Source: Patescibacteria group bacterium
Lineage (GTDB): Bacteria > Patescibacteriota > Microgenomatia > UBA1400 > PJMF01
NCBI GenBank assembly: GCA_018813375.1
Contig: JAHJBU010000049.1
Coordinates: forward strand, 1-32,159
DNA length: 32,159 bases
Direction of reading: 5' to 3'
The translations under genes and the position numbers were made by a program. The notes beneath the pieces are model-generated. The model saw only the letters and a program-made list of their open reading frames with translations. It searched no databases and had not been told where the DNA came from. Positions 1-10,770 of the stretch are shown here, in pieces. The number at the start of each line of letters is the position of its first letter. The stretch's first letter is position 1.

Positions 1-4
1 AGAT

Positions 5-886
5 TTAATTTAGTTGCTGCTTAATATCTTCCAAAGCCTCATCAATAGTCATTGGTTTGATCCCTAATTCTCGCTGAATTTTTTCATTGCTCATTTTCAT
101 AGTTTTTTGATATGGTCGACTAGTAGTCTTGAGGTATTCAACCAAACTACCTTCTTTAACAGTTGTTGGGTCAAAGCCAAAAGCAGTGGCTACTTTTTTA
201 GCCAGCTCATAAGTTGAAAGTGAGGTTGAACCATTAAGTTGATAGATTCCTTGGGGTTGTTTTTCAATCATGGTGTCAATGGCACGAGCAATGTCGTCAA
301 TATAGGTGGGTGTAATGATCATGTCGGAAAATTGTGGATAAAGAGTGCCGTCGGATAATCCTTGTTTGGTTTTAGCCACAATATCTGGCTTGGCTTCAAA
401 TTGAGCCCGGAAAGGATAATCAATGCGCGCAATTGCATAATGATTTAGAATTTTTTCTACTTCATCTTCTGCCCAAGCCTTAGTTTGACCATACCACTCA
501 ATCGGATCTTTAATATCAGTTTCAATATAAAAATCAGTTTTAGTACCACTAAAAACAAGTCCAGTAGAAATATGAATGAAGTAAATATTATTTTCTTTAC
601 AAATCTCTGCAATATTTTTTGTTCCAACTACGTTAACTTGGTAACACAAGCCCTCTTTATTATCAGTTTGCTCAAAAGCTCCATTAACATCAGTATAAGC
701 AGCCAGATGAATCATAACTTTAGCCGGGTGTTCTTTAACAAATTTTTCAATTTTATTTTTATCAGTAATATCAACTCCCACAGTTAAATCCATATTAAAG
801 AATTCAAATTTATCACCTAACATTTTAGCAATGCGTGAACCAACTAAACCAGTCAGACCAGTAGTTAAGATAGGTGTTTTTTGCAT
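5..886 (-). CDS. rmlD: dTDP-4-dehydrorhamnose reductase (RmlD, extended SDR)
   Basis: N-terminal TGLTGLVG nucleotide-binding motif, HLAAYTDV, HIST catalytic Thr, YGQTK (YxxxK), TPTYIDDIA; follows rmlB and rmlC. Confidence 0.9.
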   Translation of the reverse strand: MQKTPILTTGLTGLVGSRIAKMLGDKFEFFNMDLTVGVDITDKNKIEKFVKEHPAKVMIHLAAYTDVNGAFEQTDNKEGLCYQVNVVGTKNIAEICKENNIYFIHISTGLVFSGTKTDFYIETDIKDPIEWYGQTKAWAEDEVEKILNHYAIARIDYPFRAQFEAKPDIVAKTKQGLSDGTLYPQFSDMIITPTYIDDIARAIDTMIEKQPQGIYQLNGSTSLSTYELAKKVATAFGFDPTTVKEGSLVEYLKTTSRPYQKTMKMSNEKIQRELGIKPMTIDEALEDIKQQLN

Positions 887-896
887 GAGTTATTCC

Positions 897-1502
897 TTAA
901 AATTTTTGTGGATATTTTTCTCTAAGAGTAATGGTATCAATATCTCTTTTCGAAATAATCATTTGTTTTTTATCAATGGGCCAATTAACGCCTAGATCTG
1001 GGTCAAACAATGAAATAGCTATATCACCAGCTTGATCGCGATCCTTGTAGAGCCTATCTACTGCATATGAGTAAAGCGCTGGTCCTTCTAAGACTAAAAA
1101 TGAGTTAGCAATACCTTGAGGAATATACATACTTCCAAAATGAGTTTCTTCACCTTGTCCTAATTTAATCATTATTACCTGACCAAAAGTTTTTGATTCA
1201 GGTCTAATGTCTGCGAATGCACATAAAGCAATGCCAGTGGTGACAGTAACTAATTTATTCCAACCCTCTGAGTGAAAGCCGCGGATAGAATTAGTTACAG
1301 AGGAGCTAAGATTAAGTTGTGCAATAGAAAAAGGTTGACCAATAAGCTCTTCAATTTCTGGCACTCTACCAATCTCAGTAAAAAATCCCCGTTCGTCTTT
1401 AAAAACTTTTAGAGGCATATAGAACGTTCCTGAAAAAGGAGTTTCTAGAAAAACATCGCTGATTGGCTTGGCTTTAGTGGGATCATATTGGATTGTACTC
1501 AT
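897..1502 (-). CDS. rmlC: dTDP-4-dehydrorhamnose 3,5-epimerase (RmlC)
   Basis: FKDERGFFTE, IRGFH (catalytic His), DIRPESKTFG, YIPQGIANSF, DPDLGVNWP motifs. Confidence 0.92.
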   Translation of the reverse strand: MSTIQYDPTKAKPISDVFLETPFSGTFYMPLKVFKDERGFFTEIGRVPEIEELIGQPFSIAQLNLSSSVTNSIRGFHSEGWNKLVTVTTGIALCAFADIRPESKTFGQVIMIKLGQGEETHFGSMYIPQGIANSFLVLEGPALYSYAVDRLYKDRDQAGDIAISLFDPDLGVNWPIDKKQMIISKRDIDTITLREKYPQKF

Positions 1503-1517
1503 AATTAGTTTTTGTTG

Positions 1518-2552
1518 TTAGTTTCCATGTTGATAATTAATATTGAAAAATTCTTGAGACTTTTTTTTAAGTGGTTGCCACCATTGTTGGTTTTTTTGAT
1601 ACCAGGAAATAGTCTTTTTAAGACCCTCCTCTAGAGTAACTGAGGGTTTCCAACCTAATTTTTTATTTATTTTGCTCCAATCTACACTATAACGTCGATC
1701 ATGTCCTAGTCTATCTTTAACAAAATTTATTTTATCTTCAGATTCATTCATGAGTTTAATAATCATTTTAACTAGTTTTAAGTTGGAAACGTCTTCTGTT
1801 AACCCTCCTACTAAGTATGTTTCACCATCATTGCCTCGATGTAAAACTGCATCAATGGCGCCACAGTGATCTTGAACATAAAGCCAGTCTCTGATGTTTT
1901 TGCCATCTCCATAAACAGGAATATTTTTACCTTCAATTAAGTTTGTAATAGCTAGTGAGATTAGTTTTTCTGGAAATTGATACTCACCATAATTATTGGA
2001 ACAATTAGTGATTATAAATGGTAAACCAAAAGTTTCGCCATAGGCTCTCACTAAATGATCTGATGAAGCCTTGCTAGCCGAGTAAGGACTATGAGGATCA
2101 TATGGGGTATCATCATGAAACTGCTCATTAGAATCAAGTTTTAGTGAACCAAAAACCTCATCGGTAGAGATATGATGAAAACGTTTCACTTGATGTTTTA
2201 GGGCAGCCTCTAATAAAACTTGAGTTCCGATGACATTGGTTTCTAAGAAAATTGCTGGTTCTAGAATTGATCGATCTACATGAGACTCAGCGGCAAAATG
2301 AATTACTGCGTCTATGCCAACCATAATTTTATCTACTAATTGACGATCTAGAATGTTACCTTTAATAAATTTATAGTTAGGTAGGCTTTCAACCTGGTGC
2401 AAGTTTTCTAGATTGCCAGCATAAGTTAGAGCATCTAGATTAATTAAATTAGTATCAGGATATTTTTTAAGCCAATAGTGAATGAAGTTTGAGCCAATAA
2501 AACCAGCTCCGCCAGTAATTAAAATTGTTTGATAAAGACTTGAATTTAACAT
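1518..2552 (-). CDS. rmlB: dTDP-glucose 4,6-dehydratase (RmlB)
   Basis: ILITGGAGFIGSNF, LTYAGN, HFAAESHVDRSI, HISTDEVFG, SPYSASKA, NCSNNYG, GHDRRY. Confidence 0.97.
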   Translation of the reverse strand: MLNSSLYQTILITGGAGFIGSNFIHYWLKKYPDTNLINLDALTYAGNLENLHQVESLPNYKFIKGNILDRQLVDKIMVGIDAVIHFAAESHVDRSILEPAIFLETNVIGTQVLLEAALKHQVKRFHHISTDEVFGSLKLDSNEQFHDDTPYDPHSPYSASKASSDHLVRAYGETFGLPFIITNCSNNYGEYQFPEKLISLAITNLIEGKNIPVYGDGKNIRDWLYVQDHCGAIDAVLHRGNDGETYLVGGLTEDVSNLKLVKMIIKLMNESEDKINFVKDRLGHDRRYSVDWSKINKKLGWKPSVTLEEGLKKTISWYQKNQQWWQPLKKKSQEFFNINYQHGN

Positions 2553-2559
2553 AAGCGCA

Positions 2560-3702
2560 TCATTTTATTTTTTGATCTAGTAATTTCTGCTGAATTTCTT
2601 TTTTGAAATTCTGCCCATTTCTAATTGTATAAACCCATTGCCCATCATAAAGATATTGTGGCGGATGTTCAATTGCACCTTCGGGATCATCGGGGTAAAT
2701 ATCTAGGTAGACATTCTTGAGTTGTAAAGATTTTTTGATAGGTAAAAGCTTTTTTCCTGTAGAGATAATTTCTTCAGGAGGCAGATTGCTTGCGAAGTTA
2801 TTCAAGTAATATTGATAGAGTTTTCCTAGAAGCCTAGTGTTTAACATAGTTTTTTGGCTAAGAATGCTTCTAGCTAAAGCATTAATCACTGCCTGTTGTC
2901 TAATTGAGCGTGCATTATCTGTATTTTGCTCATTGTTGCCATGACGGCTACGTATATATTTTAAAGCAGTTTCTCCGCTCATAATTTGCTTTCCAGCCTT
3001 AAACTCGATAGTTTCATACAACTCATTTGGATTAGTAGTTATAGTGACATCTACATCAACTCGCGGAAACTGTTCGTCTACAAATCCTTTCTCTACTTTT
3101 ATCTCCACGCCACCAACTAAATCAATTAAATCTGATACTTTTTTCATTGATATCACCATAGTGTGATGGATTGGAACAGAAGTAATGTCAGAAATTACTT
3201 CCTCTGGGAATTTCTCAGGGTTGTTGGGATATTTGTCTATCCCGTAGGTGTACAGAGCATTGATTTTAGCTTGGTAATCTTCACTCCAGAGATCGCGAGG
3301 TAGTGGTAACGTATTTACATCTCCTGTTTTTAGATTTATTGAAACAAGCATAATGCTATCTGTTAGGGGAGTAGAGTTGCCTCTAGTTTCTAATGAATCT
3401 AGCCCTAAAATTAATAAGTTTTTATGATTTTGAGTTTCAGTTGGAATTTGTTGCCAGCCAGTTTTCAAAGTTTGAATAATGTCTTTTTTTTCAATACCAG
3501 CTGAATCGGCAAAAACGGTGAGTTTGTAGTTAGCAATGGCAATGAATGTGGCTGCTAACATGGCAACTACTAAAATTAAGGCTAGCACAGTTGATCTTAT
3601 TAAGATTTGCTTTTTATTTATTACTAGAAAACTTGCACGAGGCTGTTTCTCCTCTGAAACTAGTTGTTTTTTTTCTAAAATTTTATTTTGTATATTTTCC
3701 AT
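2560..3702 (-). CDS. LytR-CpsA-Psr (LCP) family glycopolymer-peptidoglycan ligase, single N-terminal TM
   Basis: TM at ~aa 39-58; NLLILGLD, TDSIML, LPRDLW, KINALY, ALKYIRSRH, RSIRQQ motifs. Confidence 0.92.
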   Translation of the reverse strand: MENIQNKILEKKQLVSEEKQPRASFLVINKKQILIRSTVLALILVVAMLAATFIAIANYKLTVFADSAGIEKKDIIQTLKTGWQQIPTETQNHKNLLILGLDSLETRGNSTPLTDSIMLVSINLKTGDVNTLPLPRDLWSEDYQAKINALYTYGIDKYPNNPEKFPEEVISDITSVPIHHTMVISMKKVSDLIDLVGGVEIKVEKGFVDEQFPRVDVDVTITTNPNELYETIEFKAGKQIMSGETALKYIRSRHGNNEQNTDNARSIRQQAVINALARSILSQKTMLNTRLLGKLYQYYLNNFASNLPPEEIISTGKKLLPIKKSLQLKNVYLDIYPDDPEGAIEHPPQYLYDGQWVYTIRNGQNFKKEIQQKLLDQKIK

Positions 3703-3768
3703 AATTTATTATCTCACAAATAAACTTTGTGTGGTTTGTGTCGTGTTTATTGAGTACAATAAGCTAGA

Positions 3769-5472
3769 ATGAAAAATTTTCTCGTAGGATTATCATTACT
3801 GGCAATAATAATTGCCTCATCATGGGCTTTAGCTCATGACCAATTTTTTCGAGTTCATGATTATGTCCATGCTGCTAGAGTAATTGAAATGCATCGTGCA
3901 TTAGGAGACGGCCAGTTTCCAGTTAGGTGGAGTGAAAATTTTGGCTATGGCTACGGGATGCCTTTGTTTGAATTTTATGCACCCCTGCCTTACTATCTTG
4001 GGGCTGTTTTACACTGGTTTGGTTTTAGTGTATTAACAGCTGTTAAATTACTATTTTTATTTTCAGCTATTTTTACCACCTGGGGATCATATAAATTAGG
4101 TAGTAAATTATTTGGCAGGACAGCTGGAGTTTTGACTGCAGCCGCGATTACCCTAGCTCCTTATAGAGCGGTGAATCTTTTTGTTAGGGGGGCTTTGAGT
4201 GAAGCCTGGGGAATCATGGCTATGCCTTGGGTTTTACTAGGCATACTCCAGGTTATTAGACAAAAAAAGAATGGATGGAAAACTCTAACTCTTTCTTTAG
4301 TAATGTTGATGTTAAGTCATAACATTATGACTATGCTTTTTGTACCGCTTAGTTTATTATTTACTGTGTTGTATTTGGGTTATTATAAATGGGTTATCCA
4401 TAAAAATAAAAATAGTGAGTTAAAGACTTTACTCAAGGTGAGCGGATCCTTGTTGCTTGCAGCCGGTTTGTCTAGCTTTTACCTTTTCCCAGCCTTATTG
4501 GAAAAAAATTTAACTAAAGTCGGTAGTATTTTTTCTGGGTATTTTCATTATTCACATCATTTTTTATATATACGTCAGTTTTTCCAACTTAATTGGGGTT
4601 TTGAGGGGTCTGCGTGGGGGCCAGATGATGGTATTTCATTTTTTTTGGGCTGGGGACAATGGTTAGGGCTGGGAGTTTTGGGACTATTGTTTCTAGTGCG
4701 AGTTTTTAAATATAAAAAATGGCAAAAAATCATTACTGATAAAAAATTAGTGTTAGCAGTTTTATTAGCTTTACTTTTTGGCTTGTCATTATTTATGGCA
4801 ATCCTTAAATCTAAATCTCTCTGGGATGCTTTACCTGGACTATCATTTGCGCAATTTCCCTGGAGGTTCTTGGGAGTGGGGATAATTTTTTTGGGTTTAT
4901 TAGTCGGTATGAGTGCTAGTTTAATTAAACAAAGGTGGCAGAGGTATTTATGGACAGTGGTGTTATTAGTGATATTACTGTTTAATGCTAAGCTTTTTGC
5001 ACCTAAGGAGTTTTTAACTAATGCTCAAGATTTTTACTACACACAAGAAGATCTTATTGAGCGAGAAATGAGCGGTATTTTGCCAGATTATATTCCAGCA
5101 CAGATGGCAGAAAAATTAATTCCCCCAAAAAAATTAGCTTGGTGTGAGGCAGGTTGCCAAGAGCAGATCGAGGTCTTGATAGACAGAAGTCATGAGAATT
5201 TAATTAAAACTAAATTTAATCAAGAACAAATAGTTGAATTTGCGGTTGCAGATTTTCCTGGTTGGAAAGTTGAGTTAGATGGTCAAAGGTTTGAAAAACA
5301 ACAAGGAGAGTTGGGTAATATTGTGGTTAAAGTTCCAGGTGGAGAGCATTTGGTGGGATTGCTGCTTACACAAACTCCAACTCGGTTATTTTTTGATGTG
5401 GTTAGCATAATTAGCCTGTTAATTTTTGCTTATTTAACTATAGAAATTAGAGAAAAATCTAATTTACATTAA
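3769..5472 (+). CDS. Polytopic membrane protein, YfhO/PTPS-related (GT-C-like glycosyltransferase)
   Basis: Many TM segments; DYVHAAR...GQFPVRW...GYGMPLFEFYAPL; QFPWRFL; C-terminal FPGWKVELDG domain typical of YfhO-like proteins. Confidence 0.75.
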   Translation: MKNFLVGLSLLAIIIASSWALAHDQFFRVHDYVHAARVIEMHRALGDGQFPVRWSENFGYGYGMPLFEFYAPLPYYLGAVLHWFGFSVLTAVKLLFLFSAIFTTWGSYKLGSKLFGRTAGVLTAAAITLAPYRAVNLFVRGALSEAWGIMAMPWVLLGILQVIRQKKNGWKTLTLSLVMLMLSHNIMTMLFVPLSLLFTVLYLGYYKWVIHKNKNSELKTLLKVSGSLLLAAGLSSFYLFPALLEKNLTKVGSIFSGYFHYSHHFLYIRQFFQLNWGFEGSAWGPDDGISFFLGWGQWLGLGVLGLLFLVRVFKYKKWQKIITDKKLVLAVLLALLFGLSLFMAILKSKSLWDALPGLSFAQFPWRFLGVGIIFLGLLVGMSASLIKQRWQRYLWTVVLLVILLFNAKLFAPKEFLTNAQDFYYTQEDLIEREMSGILPDYIPAQMAEKLIPPKKLAWCEAGCQEQIEVLIDRSHENLIKTKFNQEQIVEFAVADFPGWKVELDGQRFEKQQGELGNIVVKVPGGEHLVGLLLTQTPTRLFFDVVSIISLLIFAYLTIEIREKSNLH

Positions 5473-5474
5473 CT

Positions 5475-6968
5475 ATGCCACATCAAACATCTTTAGATAC
5501 TACCCCTGATTTAGAAGAGGCACTTGGCCAGGAAGAATTACAAGAAATTAAACAAAAATCTATTGTGGGTGCAGTTTCTTATGTAGGCAGAACAGCTGTT
5601 TTACAAGCAATTGGGCTAGTTGCGTCATTGTTTTTAAGCGCCTTTTTTTCTCCAGAAGATTTTGGAATTTATGGGTTTGTAGTTCAGATCATTGGTCTGT
5701 TGGTTTTCTTTTCTGATATTGGACTAGCTGCAGCTTTGGTTCAAAAAAAGAAGCAGCCGTCTTTATGTGAGTATCGGACCGCTTTTACAGTTCAGCAATT
5801 ATTATCATGGTTGATTGTGGCGGTGGTGGGGGCAATTTTGGCTACTGGTATTGTTCAACGAAAAACTGGTCAAGCTGGAGTTTGGGTGTTGCTCAGTCTA
5901 GCTTTTTCTTTTCCTTTGGCAACGCTTAAAACAATTCCCTCAATTATTTTAGAGCGAAAACTAGAATTTTCTAAACTTGTTTTACCTCAAATTTTTGAGC
6001 AAGTTACTTTTTATAGTATTTTGGTTTTTTTAGCCTGGAAAGGTATGGGAGTTCTAGCTTATGCGTATGCAATTTTATCTCGTTCAGTTATTGGGGTATT
6101 AGTCATGATGATTGTTCAACCTTGGAAAATTGGTTTGACATTAAATAAATCTGCCTTGAAAATTTTAATTAGCTATGGGGCTAAGTTTCAATTAGTTGAC
6201 TTTTTAGCTAGAGTAAAAGATCAACTTTTCTTTTTAGCCTTAGGTCTGGTTTTGCCATTGAGGGAATTTGGATATGTTCAGTGGGCAAAAACTTGGTCGC
6301 AGTATCCATATAATTTGACAGTCCAAAGTGTATTAGCAGTAACCTTTCCTACTTTTTCTAGATTGCAAAATAATAAAGATGCACTTAAAAAAGCAATTGA
6401 AAAATCAATCTTTTTTATTACTTTATCTATTTTTCCAATTTTAGTAGGAATGAGTGTTTTTATTAAACCTTTAATTACAGTAGTGCCTAGTTATGCTAAG
6501 TGGCAGCCAGCGGCATTAGGCTTTATATTGTTCACATTGAGTATTGGCTGGGCGGCATTATCAACTCCACTGGTAAATACCCTAAACGCAATTGGTGAAA
6601 TTAATTCCACTCTTAAGTTAATGATGATTTGGACAATTTTGACTTGGATTCTAACCCCAATTTTTATGATGTTTTTTGGTTTTAATGGTGTGGCAGTAGC
6701 CGCTATGGTGATTGCATTCACATCATTTTTACCAGTAATTTATGTTAAAAGATATGTAAAGATAAAAGTTTGGGAAAACATTTGGCGTCAGTTGGTGGCG
6801 ATGGGCGTGATGGCTGGAGTAGGCATTTGGGGAATGTCTCTATGGAGTCAAAGTCTTTCTTTATTATTAATGGGAATATGTGTAACAGGAGCGCTATACG
6901 TTTTAACACTATTAGTGTTAGGATGGAAGAAAATATTGACCGAAGTAACAAGCTTAAGATCTAAATAA
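5475..6968 (+). CDS. Wzx-type oligosaccharide flippase (MOP superfamily)
   Basis: ~13-14 hydrophobic segments; FSPEDFGIY, SDIGLAAALVQ, LERKLEF, FPTFSRLQ. Confidence 0.9.
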   Translation: MPHQTSLDTTPDLEEALGQEELQEIKQKSIVGAVSYVGRTAVLQAIGLVASLFLSAFFSPEDFGIYGFVVQIIGLLVFFSDIGLAAALVQKKKQPSLCEYRTAFTVQQLLSWLIVAVVGAILATGIVQRKTGQAGVWVLLSLAFSFPLATLKTIPSIILERKLEFSKLVLPQIFEQVTFYSILVFLAWKGMGVLAYAYAILSRSVIGVLVMMIVQPWKIGLTLNKSALKILISYGAKFQLVDFLARVKDQLFFLALGLVLPLREFGYVQWAKTWSQYPYNLTVQSVLAVTFPTFSRLQNNKDALKKAIEKSIFFITLSIFPILVGMSVFIKPLITVVPSYAKWQPAALGFILFTLSIGWAALSTPLVNTLNAIGEINSTLKLMMIWTILTWILTPIFMMFFGFNGVAVAAMVIAFTSFLPVIYVKRYVKIKVWENIWRQLVAMGVMAGVGIWGMSLWSQSLSLLLMGICVTGALYVLTLLVLGWKKILTEVTSLRSK

Positions 6969-6969
6969 T

Positions 6970-7878
6970 ATGTCTCTTTCAGCTATCGTTTCTACCAAAA
7001 ATCATGCCGAGATCGTAGAAAGGGCTTTAAAATCTGTTAAGTTTGCTGATGAAATAGTAGTTGTAGATATGTATAGCGATGACAATACTGTGGAGATCGC
7101 TAAAAAATATACGGATAAAATTTTTCAACATAAAGATTTTGGATACATTGAGCCAGTGCGTAATTTTTCTATTAAAAAAACCACTGGTGATTGGATATTA
7201 ATAATTGATGCAGATGAGGAAGTCTCACCCGGGTTAAGCAAGGCGCTTGCGAGTATTGCTCGGGCTAAAAACCAAGCAGAGTTACCTGATTGTTTTTATT
7301 TACCCCGGAAAAATATTATTTTTAATAAATGGATACAAAAAACTGGCTGGTGGCCAGATTATCAATTAAGATTTTTTAGAAAAGATCATGTAGAGTGGTC
7401 TGATCAAATTCACAGTGTCCCGATTACCAGGGGAGAAGTTAAGGAATTCCCTGCTAAACAAGAGTACTCTTTGATTCATCATAATTATCAATCAATTTCT
7501 CAATTTATTAAGCGATTAGACCGGTATAGTGCTATTCAGGCAGAAGAAAAAAAAGATCATCAGCTATTTTGTTCTCAAGATATTTTAGATGAATTTAGTA
7601 GCTCTTTATTACGACGGCTATTTGCTCAAAAAGGCATTGAAGAAGGCATTCATGGTGTAAGTTTGTCGATTCTACAATCAGTTTCAGATGCTGTGGTAAA
7701 AATGAAGATTTGGGAATCTCAAGATTTTCCACAAATGAATAAAGATAACACTTATGTTTTAAAACATTTATCTCAATTTAAAAAAGAATTAGCTTACTGG
7801 ATTGCTAATTCACAAGTTAGTCACAGTAAAGGTTTGAAAAAACTATCATGGCGTTTGCGTCGGAAACTAATGATTTAA
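6970..7878 (+). CDS. GT2 glycosyltransferase (WaaE/KdtX-like)
   Basis: DEIVVVDMYSDDNT, WILIIDADE (DxD), GWWPDYQLRFF. Confidence 0.9.
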   Translation: MSLSAIVSTKNHAEIVERALKSVKFADEIVVVDMYSDDNTVEIAKKYTDKIFQHKDFGYIEPVRNFSIKKTTGDWILIIDADEEVSPGLSKALASIARAKNQAELPDCFYLPRKNIIFNKWIQKTGWWPDYQLRFFRKDHVEWSDQIHSVPITRGEVKEFPAKQEYSLIHHNYQSISQFIKRLDRYSAIQAEEKKDHQLFCSQDILDEFSSSLLRRLFAQKGIEEGIHGVSLSILQSVSDAVVKMKIWESQDFPQMNKDNTYVLKHLSQFKKELAYWIANSQVSHSKGLKKLSWRLRRKLMI

Positions 7879-7920
7879 TAATTTAATGACAGATTTTCTC
7901 AATACGATATAATAGAACAC

Positions 7921-8841
7921 ATGGATCACATTTCAATTATTCTGGTTAACTATGATTGCGCGCAACTAACCAAGATATGTCTAAAGTCTTTGCAGGATAT
8001 TAAGGCCAAAAATTTTAATTATTCGGTTATTATTGTTGATAATGCATCGCAGAAACCTCTTAAGCTCTCTAAGTCTTTACAAGCCAGCAATATAGAAGTT
8101 ATTAGAAGTGAATCTAACTTAGGTTTTTCTGGAGGTAATAATTTGGGAATTACTTATGCTGCTGAGCATTATAATCCTGATTATATTTGTTTATTAAATA
8201 ATGACACTACAGTTGAACCTAATTTTTTGGAGTATCTCCACGACTGTATTAAAGATAAAAATCCAGGTGGAATGGTATCTCCAAAAATTTATTTTGCCAA
8301 AGGATTTGAGTATCACCAAGAAGCCTATCCTAAAAATGAATTAGGTAATATTATTTGGTATGGAGGAGGAAGCATTGATTGGCCCAACTTAATTGCATTC
8401 CATCGTGGGGTAGATGAGATCGACCGCGGACAACTAGATATTGAAGGGTCTACGGATTTTTGTACTGGTTGCTGTATTTTGATTTCTAGAGAAGTTTTGG
8501 AAACAGTCGGGATGCTGGATGATAATTTGTTTTTATATTACGAAGATGTAGATTTGAGTCTGAGAGCCAAAAGAGAGGGTTTTCAAGTTTTATATTGCCC
8601 CGATGCTGTTATTTGGCATCACAATGCTGGTTCTAGTGGTGGTGTAGGATCACCTCTTCATACATATTATCAAACCCGCAATCGAGTTTTCATGGGTTTA
8701 AAATATGGGTCACCAAGAATTAAGATAACTAGTATTAGCTATGCCCTGCGCACACTGTTTAATGGTGATCCCATCGAGCGTAAGGCAGCAGCACATGCTT
8801 TAATAGGTAAAATGGGCAAACAACCATATGACAAAATCTAA
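7921..8841 (+). CDS. GT2 glycosyltransferase (WbbL-like, possible rhamnosyltransferase)
   Basis: IILVNY, IIVDNAS, NLGFSGGNN, LLNNDT, TGCCILI, FLYYEDVDLSLR. Confidence 0.88.
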   Translation: MDHISIILVNYDCAQLTKICLKSLQDIKAKNFNYSVIIVDNASQKPLKLSKSLQASNIEVIRSESNLGFSGGNNLGITYAAEHYNPDYICLLNNDTTVEPNFLEYLHDCIKDKNPGGMVSPKIYFAKGFEYHQEAYPKNELGNIIWYGGGSIDWPNLIAFHRGVDEIDRGQLDIEGSTDFCTGCCILISREVLETVGMLDDNLFLYYEDVDLSLRAKREGFQVLYCPDAVIWHHNAGSSGGVGSPLHTYYQTRNRVFMGLKYGSPRIKITSISYALRTLFNGDPIERKAAAHALIGKMGKQPYDKI

Positions 8842-9661
8842 CCAAAATCGTCCAAGTATCACAGCTATTATTTTAGCTAAAAATGAGGCTGAGATGATTG
8901 TGAACTGTATTAATACTCTCTGGTGGTGCAATGAGATTTTGGTGATTGATTGTGCTTCCAGCGATGAGACTGCTAAATTGGCAGAAACTGCTGGAGCTAG
9001 AGTAGTTAGTTTTTCTCATCGCAGTATGGCTAAAACTAGAAATGAATCTTTAAAAAGAGTTAAAACTAATTGGGTTTTTTATGTTGATGCTGATGAGCGA
9101 GTTACGCCTACATTAGCTAAAGAAATTATGGTTCAGTTAGAAACTTCTTGCGCTACTGCTTTAAAAATTTCTCGCCAGAATGTTCATTATGGAAAAATTA
9201 TGCACCATGGTGGATGGGAAAAAGATTATGTGACGCGCGTATTTAATAAGGAGTATTTTCAAAATTGGTTTGGAGATATTCATGAAAGCCCTAAGTTTAA
9301 AGGGAAGTTATTAGAACTACAATCGCCATTAATTCACCTCACGCATCGTAACACCATAGATGGATTGACAAAGACTATTTCTTGGACACCAATTGAGGCA
9401 GATTTATTAGCCAAAGCAGGCTCAGGATCAGTTAGAGTTAGAACAATTTTGCGTAAGGGAATAATGGAGTTTGTGCGTCGAGGAATTTTTAAATTTGGTT
9501 TTAGAGATGGAGTCGAGGGTTGGATAGAGGCGATGGTGCAAGGGATTAATAGAATGTTAGTTTATATCCAGCTTTGGGAGAAACAGCGCAAGCCTTCTTT
9601 AGAGGATACCTATCAACAGATCGAACAAAAAATTTTAAAAATGTGGCAGGATGAAAAATGA
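8828..9661 (+). CDS. GT2 glycosyltransferase (WaaE/KdtX-like)
   Basis: IILAKNEAE, EILVIDCASSDET, WVFYVDADE, DIHES. Confidence 0.9.
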   Translation: MTKSNQNRPSITAIILAKNEAEMIVNCINTLWWCNEILVIDCASSDETAKLAETAGARVVSFSHRSMAKTRNESLKRVKTNWVFYVDADERVTPTLAKEIMVQLETSCATALKISRQNVHYGKIMHHGGWEKDYVTRVFNKEYFQNWFGDIHESPKFKGKLLELQSPLIHLTHRNTIDGLTKTISWTPIEADLLAKAGSGSVRVRTILRKGIMEFVRRGIFKFGFRDGVEGWIEAMVQGINRMLVYIQLWEKQRKPSLEDTYQQIEQKILKMWQDEK

Positions 9662-10752
9662 AAGCTTGCCTTTATTCGCCCTATATTCCCAAGCACGTTG
9701 GTGGTGGTGAAAAATACATGCTAGATGTAGCCTGCGCTTTGGCTAAAAAATATACAGTTTCTATTGCTATACCTCAACAATATGCAGGCGATGCCTCAAT
9801 AGTTAAAAAGTATGAAAGTTTTTTAAATCGTTCTTTGGATGATATTTCATTTATCCCTTCACCCTTGGGTTCAAAAACTAATTTTTTACAAAAACTTTTT
9901 TGGACTCGCCAATTTGATGTAATGTATTATCTAACAGATGGAAGTTTATTTTTTAGTTTGGCTAAGAAAAATATTTTACACATCCAATTTCCTTTGAAAC
10001 TGGACAAAAGTTCTTTTCTAGAGCAATTTAAATTAAAAAATTGGCAAATTAAAAATACCAATTCGGAGTTTACTAAAAAAGTGGTTGAAAGTACTTGGCC
10101 AACAAAGATTGATTTAGTGCACCACCCATTGGTTGATGTAGATGAAATTAACCGTATCACTGCGTCAATTAAGAAAGAAAAAATAATTTTAAATGTCGGT
10201 AGGTTTTTCCGCCAGTTACATAGTAAGCGACAAGATGTACTGATCGATATTTTTCGTAAACTAGTTATCAAATATCCTCTTGAAACAAAGGGTTGGAAAC
10301 TAGTTTTAATTGGTGCGGTGGAAGATCAAAAATATTTATCTCAAATTAAGCGCAAGAAAAGAGGTCTTCCGGTTGAATTTTATCATGATCTAGATAGAAG
10401 GAAATTGTTGGAATGGTATGGTAAATCCAGCATTTATTGGCACGCTACAGGATATGGAGTTAATCCAGAAAAACATCCAGAAAAAGTAGAACATTTTGGA
10501 ATAAGTACAGCTGAGGCTATGGCTGCAGGTTGTGTACCAATTGTCCATGGAAAAGGTGGCCAGCTTGAGGTGATAGGGGATGAATTAAATGACCTTTTGT
10601 GGCTCAAGCAGCAAGAGTGTGTTAAAAAAACTAAGCAAATTATCAGTGATCATAAGTTAAGAATGGAGTATCAGCGCAAAGCTAAACAGCAGGTGAAATT
10701 TTTTGGCAAAAATATTTTTGAGCAAAAATTATTTAAGATGATTAAATTATGA
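9658..10752 (+). CDS. GT4 (GT-B fold) glycosyltransferase
   Basis: GGGEKY, NSEFT, ILNVGRF, EHFGISTAEAMAAG (Ex7E motif). Confidence 0.92.
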   Translation: MKACLYSPYIPKHVGGGEKYMLDVACALAKKYTVSIAIPQQYAGDASIVKKYESFLNRSLDDISFIPSPLGSKTNFLQKLFWTRQFDVMYYLTDGSLFFSLAKKNILHIQFPLKLDKSSFLEQFKLKNWQIKNTNSEFTKKVVESTWPTKIDLVHHPLVDVDEINRITASIKKEKIILNVGRFFRQLHSKRQDVLIDIFRKLVIKYPLETKGWKLVLIGAVEDQKYLSQIKRKKRGLPVEFYHDLDRRKLLEWYGKSSIYWHATGYGVNPEKHPEKVEHFGISTAEAMAAGCVPIVHGKGGQLEVIGDELNDLLWLKQQECVKKTKQIISDHKLRMEYQRKAKQQVKFFGKNIFEQKLFKMIKL

Positions 10753-10770
10753 AAAAATAGGGTCCGTAAT

